A DNA stretch of 64,000 bases, taken from assembly GCA_964255285.1 (NCBI GenBank), contig CAXUUL010000006.1, positions 1 to 64,000 of the forward strand, in the 5' to 3' direction. The notes below the pieces were generated by a model. The model did no database searches. It was not told the DNA's origin and saw only the letters and a program-made list of their open reading frames with translations. Within the stretch, counting starts at the first letter, position 1. Each line of letters begins with the position of its first letter. The stretch comes from Ionaspis alba (lineage: Eukaryota). The position numbers and the translations under genes were made by a program. This document shows positions 24,622 to 38,175 of the stretch, in pieces.

Positions 24622-25434
24622 TTAGGCCAACGCTGATTTCTTCTTGATACCCAAGGCGGCAGAAAAGTCTTTTTTTCTCTTGATACCACGTTTGAACGTT
24701 GGAGGCGGCATGAGTACTTTGTCCTTCTCCACATCCGCGACACCTGCAGTCATCTCCTTCCCGTCGACCACTCCCTCTCCAATCCGACGAACTCTCTCCC
24801 CCGTCTCTGTGGTGAATGCCTTCCTCGCCAATTCTTCGTCCTCCTTCTCAATTCTTTGCCTCTCTTCGTTGATCTCATCCCGCACTACGACCTCGACATC
24901 CCCCTCTTGTCCTACCCGTTCGTTCCTTGCATTCCTTGTCCTTATCTCGTCGAGTGCGTCCGCTATCTGCATTTCGCGCTTTGCATCCACCATTTTGCCT
25001 TCCAGCACACCCATCGCATCCTTCTCCCTCTCCTCCTCCTCCAGCCGATTTAGCCTTTCTTCCTCGCTCTCCTCCACCTTCGCATCTCCTAGCCGCCACG
25101 GCTCGAAGTTACGCTTCGCTCCCCTCTCACATTGGTAGTCCATGTTCTTGGGGTCTGTTTTGAAGGTGATCTCGGCGCTACACCGTGTACATCGAATGTA
25201 GAAACGGAAAATGGTGATGGCATAGTATTTCTCATCGGTGGTCTCCTTTCGCGCATTAAACTTGCGACCTTTGTAGATGTACTCACCGCACGCAATACAC
25301 TTCATCCCAAAAGGTGCCATGAGCCTGACAGTTTGGACCTTTGGGCCAGTTGGTTTAGGACCGCGTGTACGAGTTATGGCTGCCGGATCGAAGTCCGGAG
25401 GGTAGTACTTGGAGAGAACTTTCCGTTCCGACAT
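24622..25434 (-). CDS. YJU2: Splicing factor Yju2/Cwf16 (CCDC94)
   Basis: MSERKVLSKYYPPDFDP, VRLMAPF, CxxC..IYKGRKFNARKE, CxxC..FKTDPKNMDY; single exon. Confidence 0.95.
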   Translation of the reverse strand: MSERKVLSKYYPPDFDPAAITRTRGPKPTGPKVQTVRLMAPFGMKCIACGEYIYKGRKFNARKETTDEKYYAITIFRFYIRCTRCSAEITFKTDPKNMDYQCERGAKRNFEPWRLGDAKVEESEEERLNRLEEEEREKDAMGVLEGKMVDAKREMQIADALDEIRTRNARNERVGQEGDVEVVVRDEINEERQRIEKEDEELARKAFTTETGERVRRIGEGVVDGKEMTAGVADVEKDKVLMPPPTFKRGIKRKKDFSAALGIKKKSALA

Positions 25435-26893
25435 AGTATTATGAGGAGATGGGATCGACTGCGATGATGATTTGATACCGTCCTTATAATTGAAGGAGGG
25501 AAAGGGTGACGTTTAATGTAAAGTTGGGGCATTTGACTACGTGAGGCTATGACCTCGCTACAAAATGGGCGGGTTGGCATTCGTCATCAAGATCACGTGC
25601 TCCTCAATCCAGGCTCGGACGCTGGGCCAACCAAGTATCATACGCTCTTTTGTCGCTGCAGTTCCGCGTCTTAATCGAAGGATCAGCCGATTCATTCTAG
25701 TCATCATGAGGATAGTAATGATCATTCCAGGTGATGTTGATCAGCTATATCAGTTAGACCGTGAGTGACTTACCCTTCGCTTTGTTTTCATTCAGACTCG
25801 CCGCACTAGCCCTGTGGTAGATCCCATGTATATTCCAAACCACACACGCCAGCGGGCCTGCAATAGGAAATGACATATGAAAGTTCTTAGGCTACAAACT
25901 TCGGGGAAGCCAAAAGCTATGAGCATCAAGAAACATGAGGCCGACGACCGATGTAACGGACTCCTGATCGGACTACGGCTGTGGTCTGCTAAGATTGTTA
26001 TATTCGATAAACGCATATCGTGTAAGTCACAATACCAGCAGTGTTCAATGGATCAGATATGGGAGAGCTTGTGATTGAGAGATGGCCAGATCACTCACTC
26101 TAGTATCGCCACTAGTAATCCGTACAAACCGAGGTCACTTACAGACACCAACGTGACTACCAACTGGTATTCTTCTGATATTCTAGAATTACCTACTCTT
26201 GTAATGATGTCCTATGATAACTAATGCAGATCTATGTTGTGTGAACTTCTTCGAACGGCGTTAGAGTCATGTGAGGTCCTTGCCAGTATCACATTCATCT
26301 TTGATTCGGCTCTGTTCACAATGACAGGTCCATACCTACTGCTTCCACAACGAATGCAGAATACACCAACAGAATACATGATGCCCCGGCAAGACTTGGC
26401 GGCTAGCCAGGCCAAAACTCAAGATTTCCGCCAGGAATGGGACAAAGTGCACTCGGTCTCGAGAACCAGTCTTGATCGAAAAGCATGTTCCCGAAAGGGG
26501 TTGACGGATTGTTCATGGTCGAGTAAATGTCAAGCCCGGCCAGAGCACAGGGTTACAACTCGAGCACCAAAAGTCAAACCTTTCTGAAGGAGGGAGGCTT
26601 CGACAATAAGCAGAGCAAGGCCGCTTTGCAGTGCAAGAATTCGTGCAGCTGCAAGACTCTAGGAGTGTAAAGCCTGCGCAGTGGTCGTCTCCCATCAGAC
26701 GGATTTCTGCTTGTGTCAAGCAGAGCCTGTCTCCTAAACCAGCGGCTCAGAGTCAGAGTGGTTGATAGTTACTCAATCATATATGGGGCTTTACCAAAGT
26801 GACAGAGATCTATCAAGTGTCTAAATTCCCCTCTTTCGTGGCGGAGGAAGGGAATCTTTAATATCATTGTGGTTGTTTTCCAGTCGTTAGCAG

Positions 26894-27727
26894 TCACAAT
26901 GCAATGACGAGTATGAGTAGCAAAACGAGAACAAATATGAGAATGGCGATGCAGAAAGTCGACATAGAATCTGGGAACAATGAGTATTTCCAACTGTTTT
27001 GGAGTTCCGTAAGTGTTTGTGCTAACCTTCGTTTTTTCGAATGATAGTTGTAAGTCTTTGCATACCTCCGTTCAACTTCCCTCCAAGTCGGTCTGTCAGG
27101 GTATCAACCTCATCAATGATTTCTCCCTGCTCCTCCAATTCTCTGCCCATAACGTCCGCCTGTTCCCTCAAATTACCCACCGTCTTGAAAACACCATCCA
27201 GCGCCTCGTCTTGCTCGTGCATGATCTCAACTTGCCTCTGCTGTTCAAACGCAGCATACTCATCCCCGGTGGGAGAGTACATATCGTATGAGGACGGCGT
27301 TGGCAGTGGTTTGTTCGTGCCAGGACGGAAGAAGCTTGCAAGGGCTTTGGCAAGCTCATCTCTCATGTCCTCAATTTCCCCTCCGACTTCTTCCACTAGC
27401 CGGCGGCGACGACTGACTTCTTCAACCTCCAGGCCATACCGGTAAGGATCTTGCTCCGCTGCTCTGACGCTCTCCACTAGATCTTGGAGGTCGGTACTGA
27501 GATCTTGGAGATTGGACTCGAGCTCATTTCGAGCTTGTGCAAGCTCGGGTGACGAAGCCGAGGAGGCTAGGGATCTGATTCGTAGGTATGACGAGAATAA
27601 TGGCCGGGTGGTGTCCAGAGTGGAAAGCACATCTCTTGCGCATTTCGTCAGCAAGCGCCTATCTTCGGGACTGGGAAACGTACGCTTGGACCTGCAAGAA
27701 AGGGTCTTCTTGGTCAATAGAGGACAT
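26894..27727 (-). CDS. TLG1: Qc-SNARE Tlg1/syntaxin-6 family
   Basis: MSSIDQEDPFLQVQA|DVL, DLVESV..DPYRYGL..EVSRRRRLV, SNARE coil EQDEALDGV..ELEEQ, C-terminal TM CIAILIFVLVLLLILVIAL*; introns 27635-27683 and 26971-27026. Confidence 0.92.
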
Positions 27728-28165
27728 TTTGATACGCTTGGTGATCTAGGTGTTGTTGCTATGTAGACATCGTTCTTCAGACGTCCTCACTGCAGTCATT
27801 TGCCGTATGCTGAATGAACTTCGCAGTTGTCGAGGCGGCAGCGTCTAAATTCTTAAATCTCGGCTGAGGCTAGAGGGCCCTACACAGTATCCGGACAAAT
27901 CCCACTAACTCCCCCTAACATAAAGGACCTATTCTCAGGATATGTGGCAGGTTTTTAGAGGGACTGTCCGGTCATTTCTGGGTACTACGTGTTCGAGTCT
28001 AGACCAAGCTTGGAGTGAAGCGCACGTTCATCTCTCCCTTCACGATTTCCCAGTCCACTTCTGAGAATAACAATGTTGTAGACGGACAGAGCTCTCGTGT
28101 CCAACTTCATTCTTGGCTTGCTAGTTATTGGAGCTTGGTAGTATTTCCAAAGTCCGGCTTACACT

Positions 28166-30087
28166 ATGAGGCCTGTGAAGTCGCTTCCTTATGCTTCTAC
28201 TTTTGAAAGTGCGGAGGAATATGTGACGGCACTGTTACAATTTATTACGACTTCCGATATGTTGCAAGTGTTGTGTGGAGGTGTTCATATATTAGACTTC
28301 TTGACTTCAAAACCAGATCTCTACGAGACAATCGTTCCGGCTGAATGGAGGGCGTGGTTCCGCATGTTTGATATCCCGGATATTCTCGACCTCCTTATGC
28401 GAGAAGATCTCGTCCGCTTGTTGTCAGAAGTTAAAAGGGAAGAAAGTTCTGGTAAAGACTCATCATGGCGCAACGGTCCCCTGCCGCCAGAAAGCCTCCT
28501 GGACTATGTCCAATCTGTACGGAGCCTCACACTTGATCGATCTTTCCAAAGATCTCAACATGAGCCAATCCAGGATCTATCACGTCAGATAGCTGTTGGC
28601 ATGAAGCCCAAGAAAGTCCATGAGGTACAGAACTTTGCAGCTTTCTTAGAGGACTTGATATCGAGCATTGCGAGCCGCAACGTCTACAGGATATCTCATA
28701 TTGTTGACTTTGGCTCTGGTCAGAACTATCTTGGTCGGGTTCTAGCCAGTTCACCTTACAACAAAAGGATCGTTGCGGTGGAATGCAAGCAAACGAACAT
28801 TGCAGGAGCAATGGACATGGATATTAGTGCCAGACTATCGAGACGAAAGTTTGTTCTTGTCGACAAGAAGATGTTTCGGTCAGAATTGGCCAAGACAAGG
28901 GCGGGCAACGAGGTCAAGCATCTGTCGACAATGGAGACAGATGTTGAAGAAGTAGGCAATTGCAATATTCTTCGAGAATCAAGTACCAATGGCTGTGACT
29001 TGGAGTCTTCTGAATCATCCGCAAGGGGAACTGCGAGGATACAATACATAAAACATGCCATCAGTGGTGGCGACCTTGAATTTGTGATTGATAAGATTCA
29101 ACAGGGGCCCACTCCGAAAGCAGACCTTGTCAGTCTCGCTTCACAAAGTGACGGTGAGCACTCCTTCGACCCCTACCAACTTCTCTCGTCCCTTGGTGGC
29201 AGGTTGGGCCCTAATCCGTTCTGCTGGCAGAGTGTTGCTTATACGAAGATCACAAACTCTTGGTTACGTCGCTTCACTCTTGTGGAAATCTATCGCACCA
29301 TGGCCTGCGTACCCTGGTCATGAATTCGTCTGTCAAGGCTGTAGCGGTGGTAGGGTGCTGCTACAATCTGGTCACCGAAAGACTTGGATCACCAATTCCC
29401 AAACTTCTCCCTCTGCGTTCACCACATCGAAGGCTCGAAGAGACTTCCTCTGCTTCTGATCCCCATGGATTCCCCCTGAGCGAACATTTCGCAACATATA
29501 GATATAAGGGTGGTGAAGGTCTTCGATTGAACATTACCGCCCGTATGATGGCAGTCCAAGCACCACGGAATTGGTCGGCCGCTGCATGTGAGTCGTTCTT
29601 CGCGCGTCATTTCTTTAGAGCTCTGCTGCAGCGGATCTTTCTTGATAGAGGCTTTTTAACAATTTCTTCCAATCTTGATACGAATTTACGCTGTGGAAGC
29701 CCGCGAGGCTGGTGCGGAACATGGCGTCCTATCATAATAGGCTCACTGCGAAAATCGTGTTACAAATCTTTCCCTGCATATGTGCAAGGGGCGGTCGCGA
29801 AGCTTGAGCAAGACCCGCAGCACAGAGCATCCTTGAAACGTTGTATGAAAGATCTAAGAGACGAAGAAATACTGGCGTACGAGCAGAGATACCTGAGCAA
29901 GAAACATGAATTAAGCGTCCTCTGGAGTCTAATGGCTTTCAGCGCTGAGTTGGTGGAGTCAGCCATTGTCGTGGATAGGTGGAAGTACTTAAGAGAGCAA
30001 GACAGCATCCGGGATTGCTGGGTTCAGACTGTTTTTGACTACAAGCAGAGTCCTCGCAACCTTGTTGTGGTTGGGATCAAGGCATGA
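28166..30087 (+). CDS. SAM-dependent methyltransferase, METTL25/RRNAD1-like (Methyltransf_32)
   Basis: GMKPKKVHEV, IVDFGSGQNYLGR, LHSCGNLSHHG, GCCYN, ESAIVVDR, SPRN; intron 29154-29230 joins the two ORFs in frame. Confidence 0.88.
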
Positions 30088-31355
30088 AATTTCACGCTGA
30101 GGTTTCCTTGATTTATCCAGGAGAACCTTTTCTTTTCAGCATTCCTCAGTAGGTAAAAGGAAGGTAGAAGAAGGTAAATAAGCTCATAATCTGGGCCCGA
30201 AAGCCAATAACATAGCAAAAGTATCACATGTGATGCTCCAAAGTCATTATTGCATCCGTTGCGAATTCTAAGCAAACACCCTTGATTCCTGCCAATTTCC
30301 CGTGCATGAACTCCTGACAAACTCGAGTTTGGGATCCACGCATTCAGTGCCTCAAAATTCAACATGTCAGTGACCACTCAAGAGGCAGAGCTTCGGGCAG
30401 GATACTCACGATGTCGTTGGGAGCCTTTGTACATGTCAATGATCCTGTACAACATATGCAGCTGAAACTAGCATGTGCCTTCAGACCATTTCATTGTGAC
30501 CAGTTGCTGGACTTACAGCTTTGATGCGTGGCAAATATCCCTACCAAGCCCATTGCTAACAGTGTATCTGTCTGGTCATGACCTCCCTTCCTCTGCTGTA
30601 GTAGTGTCATCCCCTCCGTCCTCTTATTTGCTAGCGTAATACTAGCACGATGGCAAGAATGCGAACATTTTCTACTTGACCAAAAAAAGATGTCGACAAG
30701 ATGACGACATCGTTTGTCAAAAGCATACCTGTGAGGATGGAGGGTTAGGGTTAAGCTGGCTTGCCTCGGTCGGCAGAAGGCCCGGTTTGGCAGGTGAAGC
30801 TCGCAGACAATTTTGTCTGACCTCCCTATCTCATCATTCCCCATGCACTATAGTCCTCATGACCCTTGACGATTGGCTGAAGATCACACCGTCTAATGCT
30901 TTGCTTGCTCTATCATACTCGGTAGATCCAGACATAAGTCTAACAGCATGTTGGCCATATGTAAAATGCTCGGTCCGTTGCGTGATACGTCCGACCTCCT
31001 CATGCACCTCAGGTTATTCCTAGAGCTTCCTTTACTGTCGTCTCCCTCAATCCAAACAATTCAACGCGATGCAATCATCTTTACTCTTGGGCTCGCAGCC
31101 TATCGGAGTATGGCCTCGGACCCGAAGCAAGGGAGTATCGGCCCCAGGCTATATACAAATGTCTGGCAGACACCTTCCTCTCACATCGAAACCCCACTTT
31201 CCGCGGTATGGTGGAAGTACGGCGAGATATCACTTGAGAGACGCAGCTGCTTTGGGGAGGTCCCGAAGCCAGTGCCCGGAGGACATAAATCGGTGGCCGT
31301 CCTCCCCTGCTGATAACGTCCTGCCAGAGCTTTCTGAAGCTGTACGATTGTCGCG

Positions 31356-32892
31356 ATGAAAGCCATTTTTTTGTCTCTACTGTTCATTTCCTCCTCGTCG
31401 GCCGCTGCTGTACCAAGCAAAGTCAGTTACGATGGCTACAAGGTGGTCCGAGTGAAGTCCTCTCCCGAAGTGGAAAGCATTATCCAAGACCATTCGCTAG
31501 CAACATGGAATGGTGCTGGCAGAGCGTATGGTCAGATCGATGTCGTTGTTCCACCTGGAGTGCAAGCTCTTGATGGAATGGATAGCCACGTTATGCACGA
31601 GGATCTCGGTGCCTCGATTGCGGTGGAGACTGATTACCAGGCCTATATCCGTACGTTGCGGCCTTACCATCTAGCCAAGGTGGCTTTCTAACATTGTCCG
31701 GCTTTGTGCAGGTGGGACTGCCAATTCCACCTGGTTCAATTCATACCACGCCTATACCGATCATATACAGTTTGTTACGGATCTTCAAGCAAAATATCCA
31801 GCTAATTCAGAGATCGTCATCGCCGGCAATTCGTTACAAGGCCGGCCGATCACAGGAATCCACTTCTATGGTACTGGGACGAAAGGCACGAAGCCTGCGA
31901 TAGTATTACACAGTACGGTTCATGCGAGGGAATGGATAACGACGATGGTGACGGAATACTTTGCCTACACTTTATTGTCAGATTATGCCACGAACGTGGA
32001 GGTCAGAAGCATAGTCGACAAATATGACTTCTACATCTTCCCTGTTGTCAATGTAAGAGCGGACCGCGTCGCCTAGTGCAGATAATTCGTGGCTAATGTT
32101 TCATCAGCCTGATGGTCTGCCTCAGCTTGTCGAATTCTCCTACTGGTCACGGCACTAAAATTTTGTCAGGGTTTGTTTTCAGTCAGACGACAAATCGTCT
32201 GTGGCGGAAAAATCGACAGTCAACATCCGGCAGCAATTGTTTGGGCCATGATATCAATCGAAACTGGCCATATCAATGGGCTGTACCAGGCGGGGCTAGT
32301 ACTGATCCCTGCGCGGAGGACTTCAAGGGCATGTACACTCTTTGATCTCATTCTCCACTCTGTTGTGGCAGTCTCTCGGCTAATACGTCTGCGCAATCAG
32401 GCGTCCAGCAGGGCGATGCGCCGGAGACCAAAGTACTCTCCGCCTACCTTAACAAGCTTGGTTCCAATGGCACTGGTCTCAAACTTTTTATCGACTATCA
32501 TTCATATTCACAGCTATTCATGACTCGTGAGACCTTCTGCATGACTATTTCCACCATGGAGATGCTGACTAAGTTCTGCAGCCTACGGGTACTCATGCTC
32601 TGTCGTGGCCACAAACAATGCTGCTCTACAGACTCTTGCCCAAGGTGTCGTCGCAGCTATAAAATTCGTCTACGGAACCGTGTTCAAGGCAGGGCCCATT
32701 TGTACGACCATCTATCAGGCCACTGGATCTAGCGTTGATTATGTCAATGATGTGTCTAAGTCCCAGTACACCTTTACCTCTGAACTGCGGGACACTGGAA
32801 CCTACGGGTTTGTCTTGCCGCCGAGTCAGATTCTCCCTAGTGCTGTTGAGGCGTACGCTGGTTTCAAGTATCTTTTATTGAACATCAAATAG
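31356..32892 (+). CDS. Secreted zinc carboxypeptidase A (M14A) with propeptide
   Basis: Signal peptide MKAIFLSLLFISSSSAAA; YDGYKVVR propeptide; HAREW, NPDG (via microexon), WRKNR, DINRNW, DYHSYSQ, ELRD; 5 introns. Confidence 0.93.
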
Positions 32893-33036
32893 AGCTTGGC
32901 TGTAATTGTCTGTAAAAGGCAATATTGTATCAAGACTCCTGTCTCGCGGACTTAGGGACTCCTCTGCTAACAGTTTTAAGCAATCGATCAACAAAATGAC
33001 CATACGGCCAGGGTACACCATAGGACGTAGGTACTC

Positions 33037-35712
33037 TTAATCTATTACACCTAATGCCAGAGTGACCAACAATGTTTCCCAGCACGGCATCGAATCTGTC
33101 CTGTGAGCGTCTTGTACTCCTGCCGTGACGAAAGCTAGTAGCCGCTTGTAGGTGCTAGAGATCTGCTTCAGCTTCTTGTTGCTTGTGAAAGCAACACCAA
33201 TTTGTTCATCAGGGACATCCCCCAGATTCCAATCCTCTCCGTCCCCTCTAGTAGATAACTGGTTTGCTTCAAGCTCTTCGTTGGGACGGGGCATCTGCTC
33301 ATTAGAGAATATCTCCTTCCACGTGCTGGAGAAGATAATCACGAGATCTAACATGGACGTAATGGCTTGCTTTGTGGGTTGAAGCTTCGGTGTGAGGAAT
33401 GTTTGACGCTGGAGACGGGAAATATAGCTTTGGTGTACTGCTATCATATCATCGAGATCTTCTGCTTCTTCCATCCGGGTCCGCATCAATGAGCAAGCTT
33501 CGGATAGAACCGCGGCAGTCAAATATGATAGGAAGCAGTTGACGAACCATAGTAGTCGGTGTCGAAGCGAGATAAGAACAAAGTTTCTCTTGTTACTTTT
33601 AGATATGAGAACGTCCTTGCAGATAGACTGACTTTCCAGTACCAGTTTGGCTCTGTTGACTTGCAATAAAAGTACGAGCACCTGCTGATATGTCTTGAAT
33701 GTTTCTGGCTTGATAATGTTTGATATTGCCCATGACAAGTTGTAGCTGACAATCAAGGAAGTAATGATTTGGCTTGGTTGATCCCGGTATGGCACGCTTC
33801 CATGGCCATCTGACTCTATGTGCACTGCCAATCGATCATCAGCTATACAGTCCACATTGTCAAAAATCCTCCGGAACAGCTCCGTCACGACATGATCATC
33901 GATACGAGCGTGATTGCCTAGATCAATCAAATCCCCGAGGACGGAGGTTATCTGACCACATAGAGCTCCATTGCGGAATAAGTAGATATACTCAATAGCG
34001 TCTAGAGATTCCCGAAGGCCAGACTTAAAGTTCAGCGCTTCTCGAAGGCGGAAGTTGGAAGACTGGTACCTCGTCGCAAGCCAAGCATTGAGGGCCGTGG
34101 CAAATAAATCTGAGAACGGGCTGTAGTTACTAGACGTACTCGCCCCACAGACATTTCTATGAGTTAGCGAGTCTCCCAAGCAAAGGTCTTCGATCCCCTT
34201 GTCTGGCATCAACTCAAGGTGTTTTAGAAAGTTTCTGCTTTTGCCTGATGTAAATATTCTGCTCGTAGCAAGATGCAAGAATCCTGGAGCACGAGGGAGG
34301 CCGTTATCACCAAGTAGTATCTCGTACTGGTCATCCCACAAAGACGTCAGAGTCACCCTGGTCTGCTTTTGCCTGATGAAGAAGCCTGCGTCCTTTTCAT
34401 CAAGCTCACCGCTCTCCATCCACATCCGTATAGGTCTTGTGTACCTATCGAAACATTCTAAGAAGAGCTCCGCCATGGACCGATAGCCCTGCAGATCTCC
34501 TACCATTTGTAGATTGCAGACTAAAGCATATAGACTTTCAAGAATCGTGAAGCTTCTTCCCCGCTCCCACATTTCCGTGCTTCCGAGTAGGTCAGCTACT
34601 GGTAACAAAGCGCTAGTCTGGAGTCGAGCCTCTGAAAGGAGTTGGAGAATGGTGATGTAGTCCGACGAACACTGCTGTAAGACTTGATTCTCTTTGCAAG
34701 AGAACGTATCATCGATATCACGTAGTCGTAGTGTAAGAGCTGCCTGAAGCGTTTGAAGAAGTGGGTCCGTTTCAACTCTTGCAACCCATGCACGAATAAT
34801 GCCCAGGCCAGCTCCGATTCCTTGGAGAATAGCGAGAGCATGCTCTAGCGACTGGCGAGAAACACCCGAGATCCGATATCCAGCTTGAGAATGTGTCTTT
34901 CCACCGCTCGTATGAGCAAATACCGCCGTCGGCAACCCCAAAAGCAGTAATAGGACCTCTCGTACTAGTTGCGTTTCCGTAATGATTGTAGTCTCAACAG
35001 TCTGAGTCTCGAGTTGATAGGGTCGATTTTGTATTTGCAGCTGGATAGATTCCTCTACATGGGTCTGATCAAGGCATAATCCTAGTGCATGGAAGACTTT
35101 TGCTGAGTCACAATCTTCAATATCAATTGCCTGTGCCGCGATCTCTGAGCCTTCAGCGGTAGAAGAACGGCTGAGGGAGACATCTTCCTCATCTTCAGAG
35201 CTGTCAGCAGTAAAGTCTACGCCGTCCCAGATGCCTGAGGCATTGTCCAAAGGGTCGTCTTCAAGTAATTCAGACCATTTCAGAGGACTTGGAGGAGCAG
35301 ACTTCTCAAAAAGGTCCAGATCCTTGACGGTCGTGTTCTCGTATGGGTTATCCGACAAGTGGAGAAGTAGCGCTAGAACCTCGGGCATCCATTTGGCGGA
35401 GTCATTCGATAGCTCTTGAATTCTATCATACAAGGCATCAGCTAGCTCGTGATGATTAAATATCCTGAACTTCTCATCCAGTCCCTGAAGCCGGCTTTGT
35501 ACTTCAAATTGGTTCGTCCGGCGGAAGCGTGAGTCTTTAATTGTAGGTATGACGCGTTGACACAGCCTTCTGACGGTAACATTGTCATCCTTGGACCACT
35601 ATCAGCATTTAGCTTTGGGTGTGAACAACTTCTGATTGACCTTTTCTGGAATCCCAGTGACATCCGAAACGAGGCGGCTTAGGAGGGTTGTAACAACGCT
35701 GCCGACTGCCAT
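33037..35712 (-). CDS. Gamma-tubulin complex component, GCP5/Mod21-like (Spc97/98 family)
   Basis: N-terminal RTNQFEV..LQGLDEKF..LADAL; ITETQLVREVLLLLLGLP; IFTSGKS..FLKHL; Y.LSWAISNII; LRHRLLWFVN; DLDDMIAVH. One intron at about 35590-35640. Confidence 0.85.
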
Positions 35713-36977
35713 ATAGTGCAATAAATACGCGCTGTACCTCTCCAGTTTCATCTACATGGTGGACGCTGCTGTGAGACTGTTACTATGTCCAAAGGAGAAG
35801 CCGTGTAAGCGCAGGGACCAGCACAAGCGCGAGCGCCGCTAGCGCTGGAGGAGCATGATACGCGCGAAGCATGCACCCGCTGAGTACTGTGGAGGAGGGA
35901 AATTAGCAAGAACGCCCAATGAAATCAATCGGAAATAGATTAGTCCGAAGGGGATAAAGGGCCTTCTTCGTAGTTAGTAAATAAATCATCTTACATTTCA
36001 CCGCTATACAAAGCCCCTTTCTCAATACCAAAGCCTAGCCAAAATATTGGAATGAAAGGCTTGAGCACATTTTGGGTCAATAACGTTGCTATATGCATCT
36101 TTTTGCTTGGATGCATCACATGCCTGGTCTCTATAGTAACGCGAAGATGGGTAAGTCTAGAAACCCAGCCATGATCCACACCGAACTTTTTGGAGACAGT
36201 ACAGCGCCCCCACGATAGCCTGGATATGCTGCATTAGGCTTGTCATTCGGCAAGCGGATATGAAAGCTTTTGATGAGACAACGTTTGGTTACTTTTTCAG
36301 AAGAAATGTGGTTGTGGAATGTCCTCGAACGAGATGCTGGTCGGTCAAATGACGCAGTGGCCGGAGCATATTGTCATGCAAGATGTGTGGACCGTGACTG
36401 GCATGGTTGGTTGGGTTCTGGCGCCGGGTTACCGTGACCGAGTAGCTGCCCTAAGGAAAGACTGGATCGTTCCAAGCGCCTGCCCAGCTCTACGCATCAT
36501 TGCGGAGTTTTGTAGAAGAAATATTGTTATACCAGACGATGTGCTTGTCATGAACAGAGAAAGGTTTAGATGATATATGCAGTCCTGGCAGAGACACAAT
36601 CAAACCTCTGCCTAGTAACGACCAGACCACAGCTGATCATCAACCGCGAAGCCCTGACGCAAGTCCTCGATAACTTTGCAAGAGCATTCGCAGATGGGAG
36701 ACACTGATGTACCTACTACTTGACTGTTCTGCTAGTACTTACAGAGGATTGCTGATCACGCTACGCTCATGTCTTCAACAATTAAGAATCGCACACGTGC
36801 TTATTGACTAATTTGGCAGATATTGAAACTGTACAGGTATTTCACATGTCCCTCCGCCGGTTTATCCCTTCTTAATCCAGAGGCTCTGCTTCACTCTATG
36901 CCTTTCTTAAAGCCTCGAAGTGAACGCTCAACATGATTTGCTACCATTCCTCTCCTGGATCAGGAGACCGCACATAT

Positions 36978-37773
36978 TCAGCTCGGGGCGCCAGTGGCTA
37001 GATCGGGAAACAGATCTTCCTTAAGGTTTACTCCCAGTTCCTCCCGCAACGGTTTCAAGTCGCGGAGGTACTCATCGTATTGTCCTTTATTTTCAACTTT
37101 GGCTTTGATTCCTATGACCACAGAAACATGTCAGTGCCGGTAATCAAGCACACCCACAGAAACGGTCATAGAACAAGATGAGATCAATTGAGGGCCTGCA
37201 CACCTTCAAAAATCCGTACAGCTGTGGGGTAGTCATTAACCCTCCGTGCTGCCCTTAAAGCAGCCGTGATAACGGAAGGGGAAGGGACGAGATCGTATGC
37301 AAAGGCGTTGTTTAGATTGCGCTAAGAGAGAAATTTGTTAGCGCATTCTTGGGTAAAGAGGAGCAGTGCTTAGTCTGCTAAAGCCATTGAGTAGTACCTG
37401 GAGCTCAAACACATCTTGAACAGACTCAAACTCTCTTTCGTATCTAATTGTAGGTAGAATTAGTGGTGACAGTCCTTGTACAAATTACCCAAACACGTCT
37501 CAACACAGTATGGGAAACTCTTAGTGACAGTCACGAGCCCAAGTGACTATCGTACCGGGCGGTAAACTCCTCAAAACTCTCTTCGTGGTGGTCGGCCGCC
37601 TCTTGCCCATCCTTGTCCGCAGTTCTCCTCGCACTGGTACCGAAATTGCTGTAGGGCACCCTTGAGGACGAAGCTCCTCCTGAAACTGGCAATCGTCGAG
37701 AGGCATGTGGAGATCGTAGTATGGACGTAGGATATGATCGCCCAGCAAGGCGTAGGAGATTGAAGGACGACAT
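36978..37773 (-). CDS. COX6: Cytochrome c oxidase subunit VI (COX5A family) precursor
   Basis: Arg/Ser-rich presequence; EESFEEFTAR|YEKEF..DVFELQ|RNLNNAFAYDLVPSP..ALRAARRVNDYPTAVRIFEG|IKAKVEN..LREELGV; 3 introns. Confidence 0.95.
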
Positions 37774-38175
37774 GTGGTGGTGAGGAGGTCAACAGCTTTT
37801 AGAGGCAGCTGGAGGAGCTTTAGGTTGAAGTTCACAAGGTACATCAAGATCGGGAGTGGCTTCTCTTGGCGCAAGCCTGCTGACTAAGGCGAATCAACTT
37901 CACTATCCTTCCGGGGGCCATAATAACAGCTCTACAAAAAACACGACACTCTACGAGGGAACTATGCTGTTTGCGCGAATTAGATGAGGGCTTCTAGAAT
38001 CGAACGTGGAGGTCCCGCTCAGTCTCGCAATTGGTTTGTGTCGGACTTCCCAACTGTATTAAAATCGCCAGCACCTGCAAATCAGATGCAGGAGCACGAT
38101 GGGAAGTGCTCCCTTTTTTGATCGACCTTGATGATGCGGAGGATGGTCTTGCTAAATCTTGTATGCATCCTATAA

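Noticed and set aside
26864..26896. Stop-codon readthrough (TGA CTG) after TLG1, or cryptic PTS1 tails in other genes
   Set aside because: Not the TGA CTA motif, and none of the extensions I checked ends in an SKL-like signal.
29150..29323. Apparent frameshift between the two methyltransferase ORFs
   Set aside because: Explained by the canonical intron 29154-29230.
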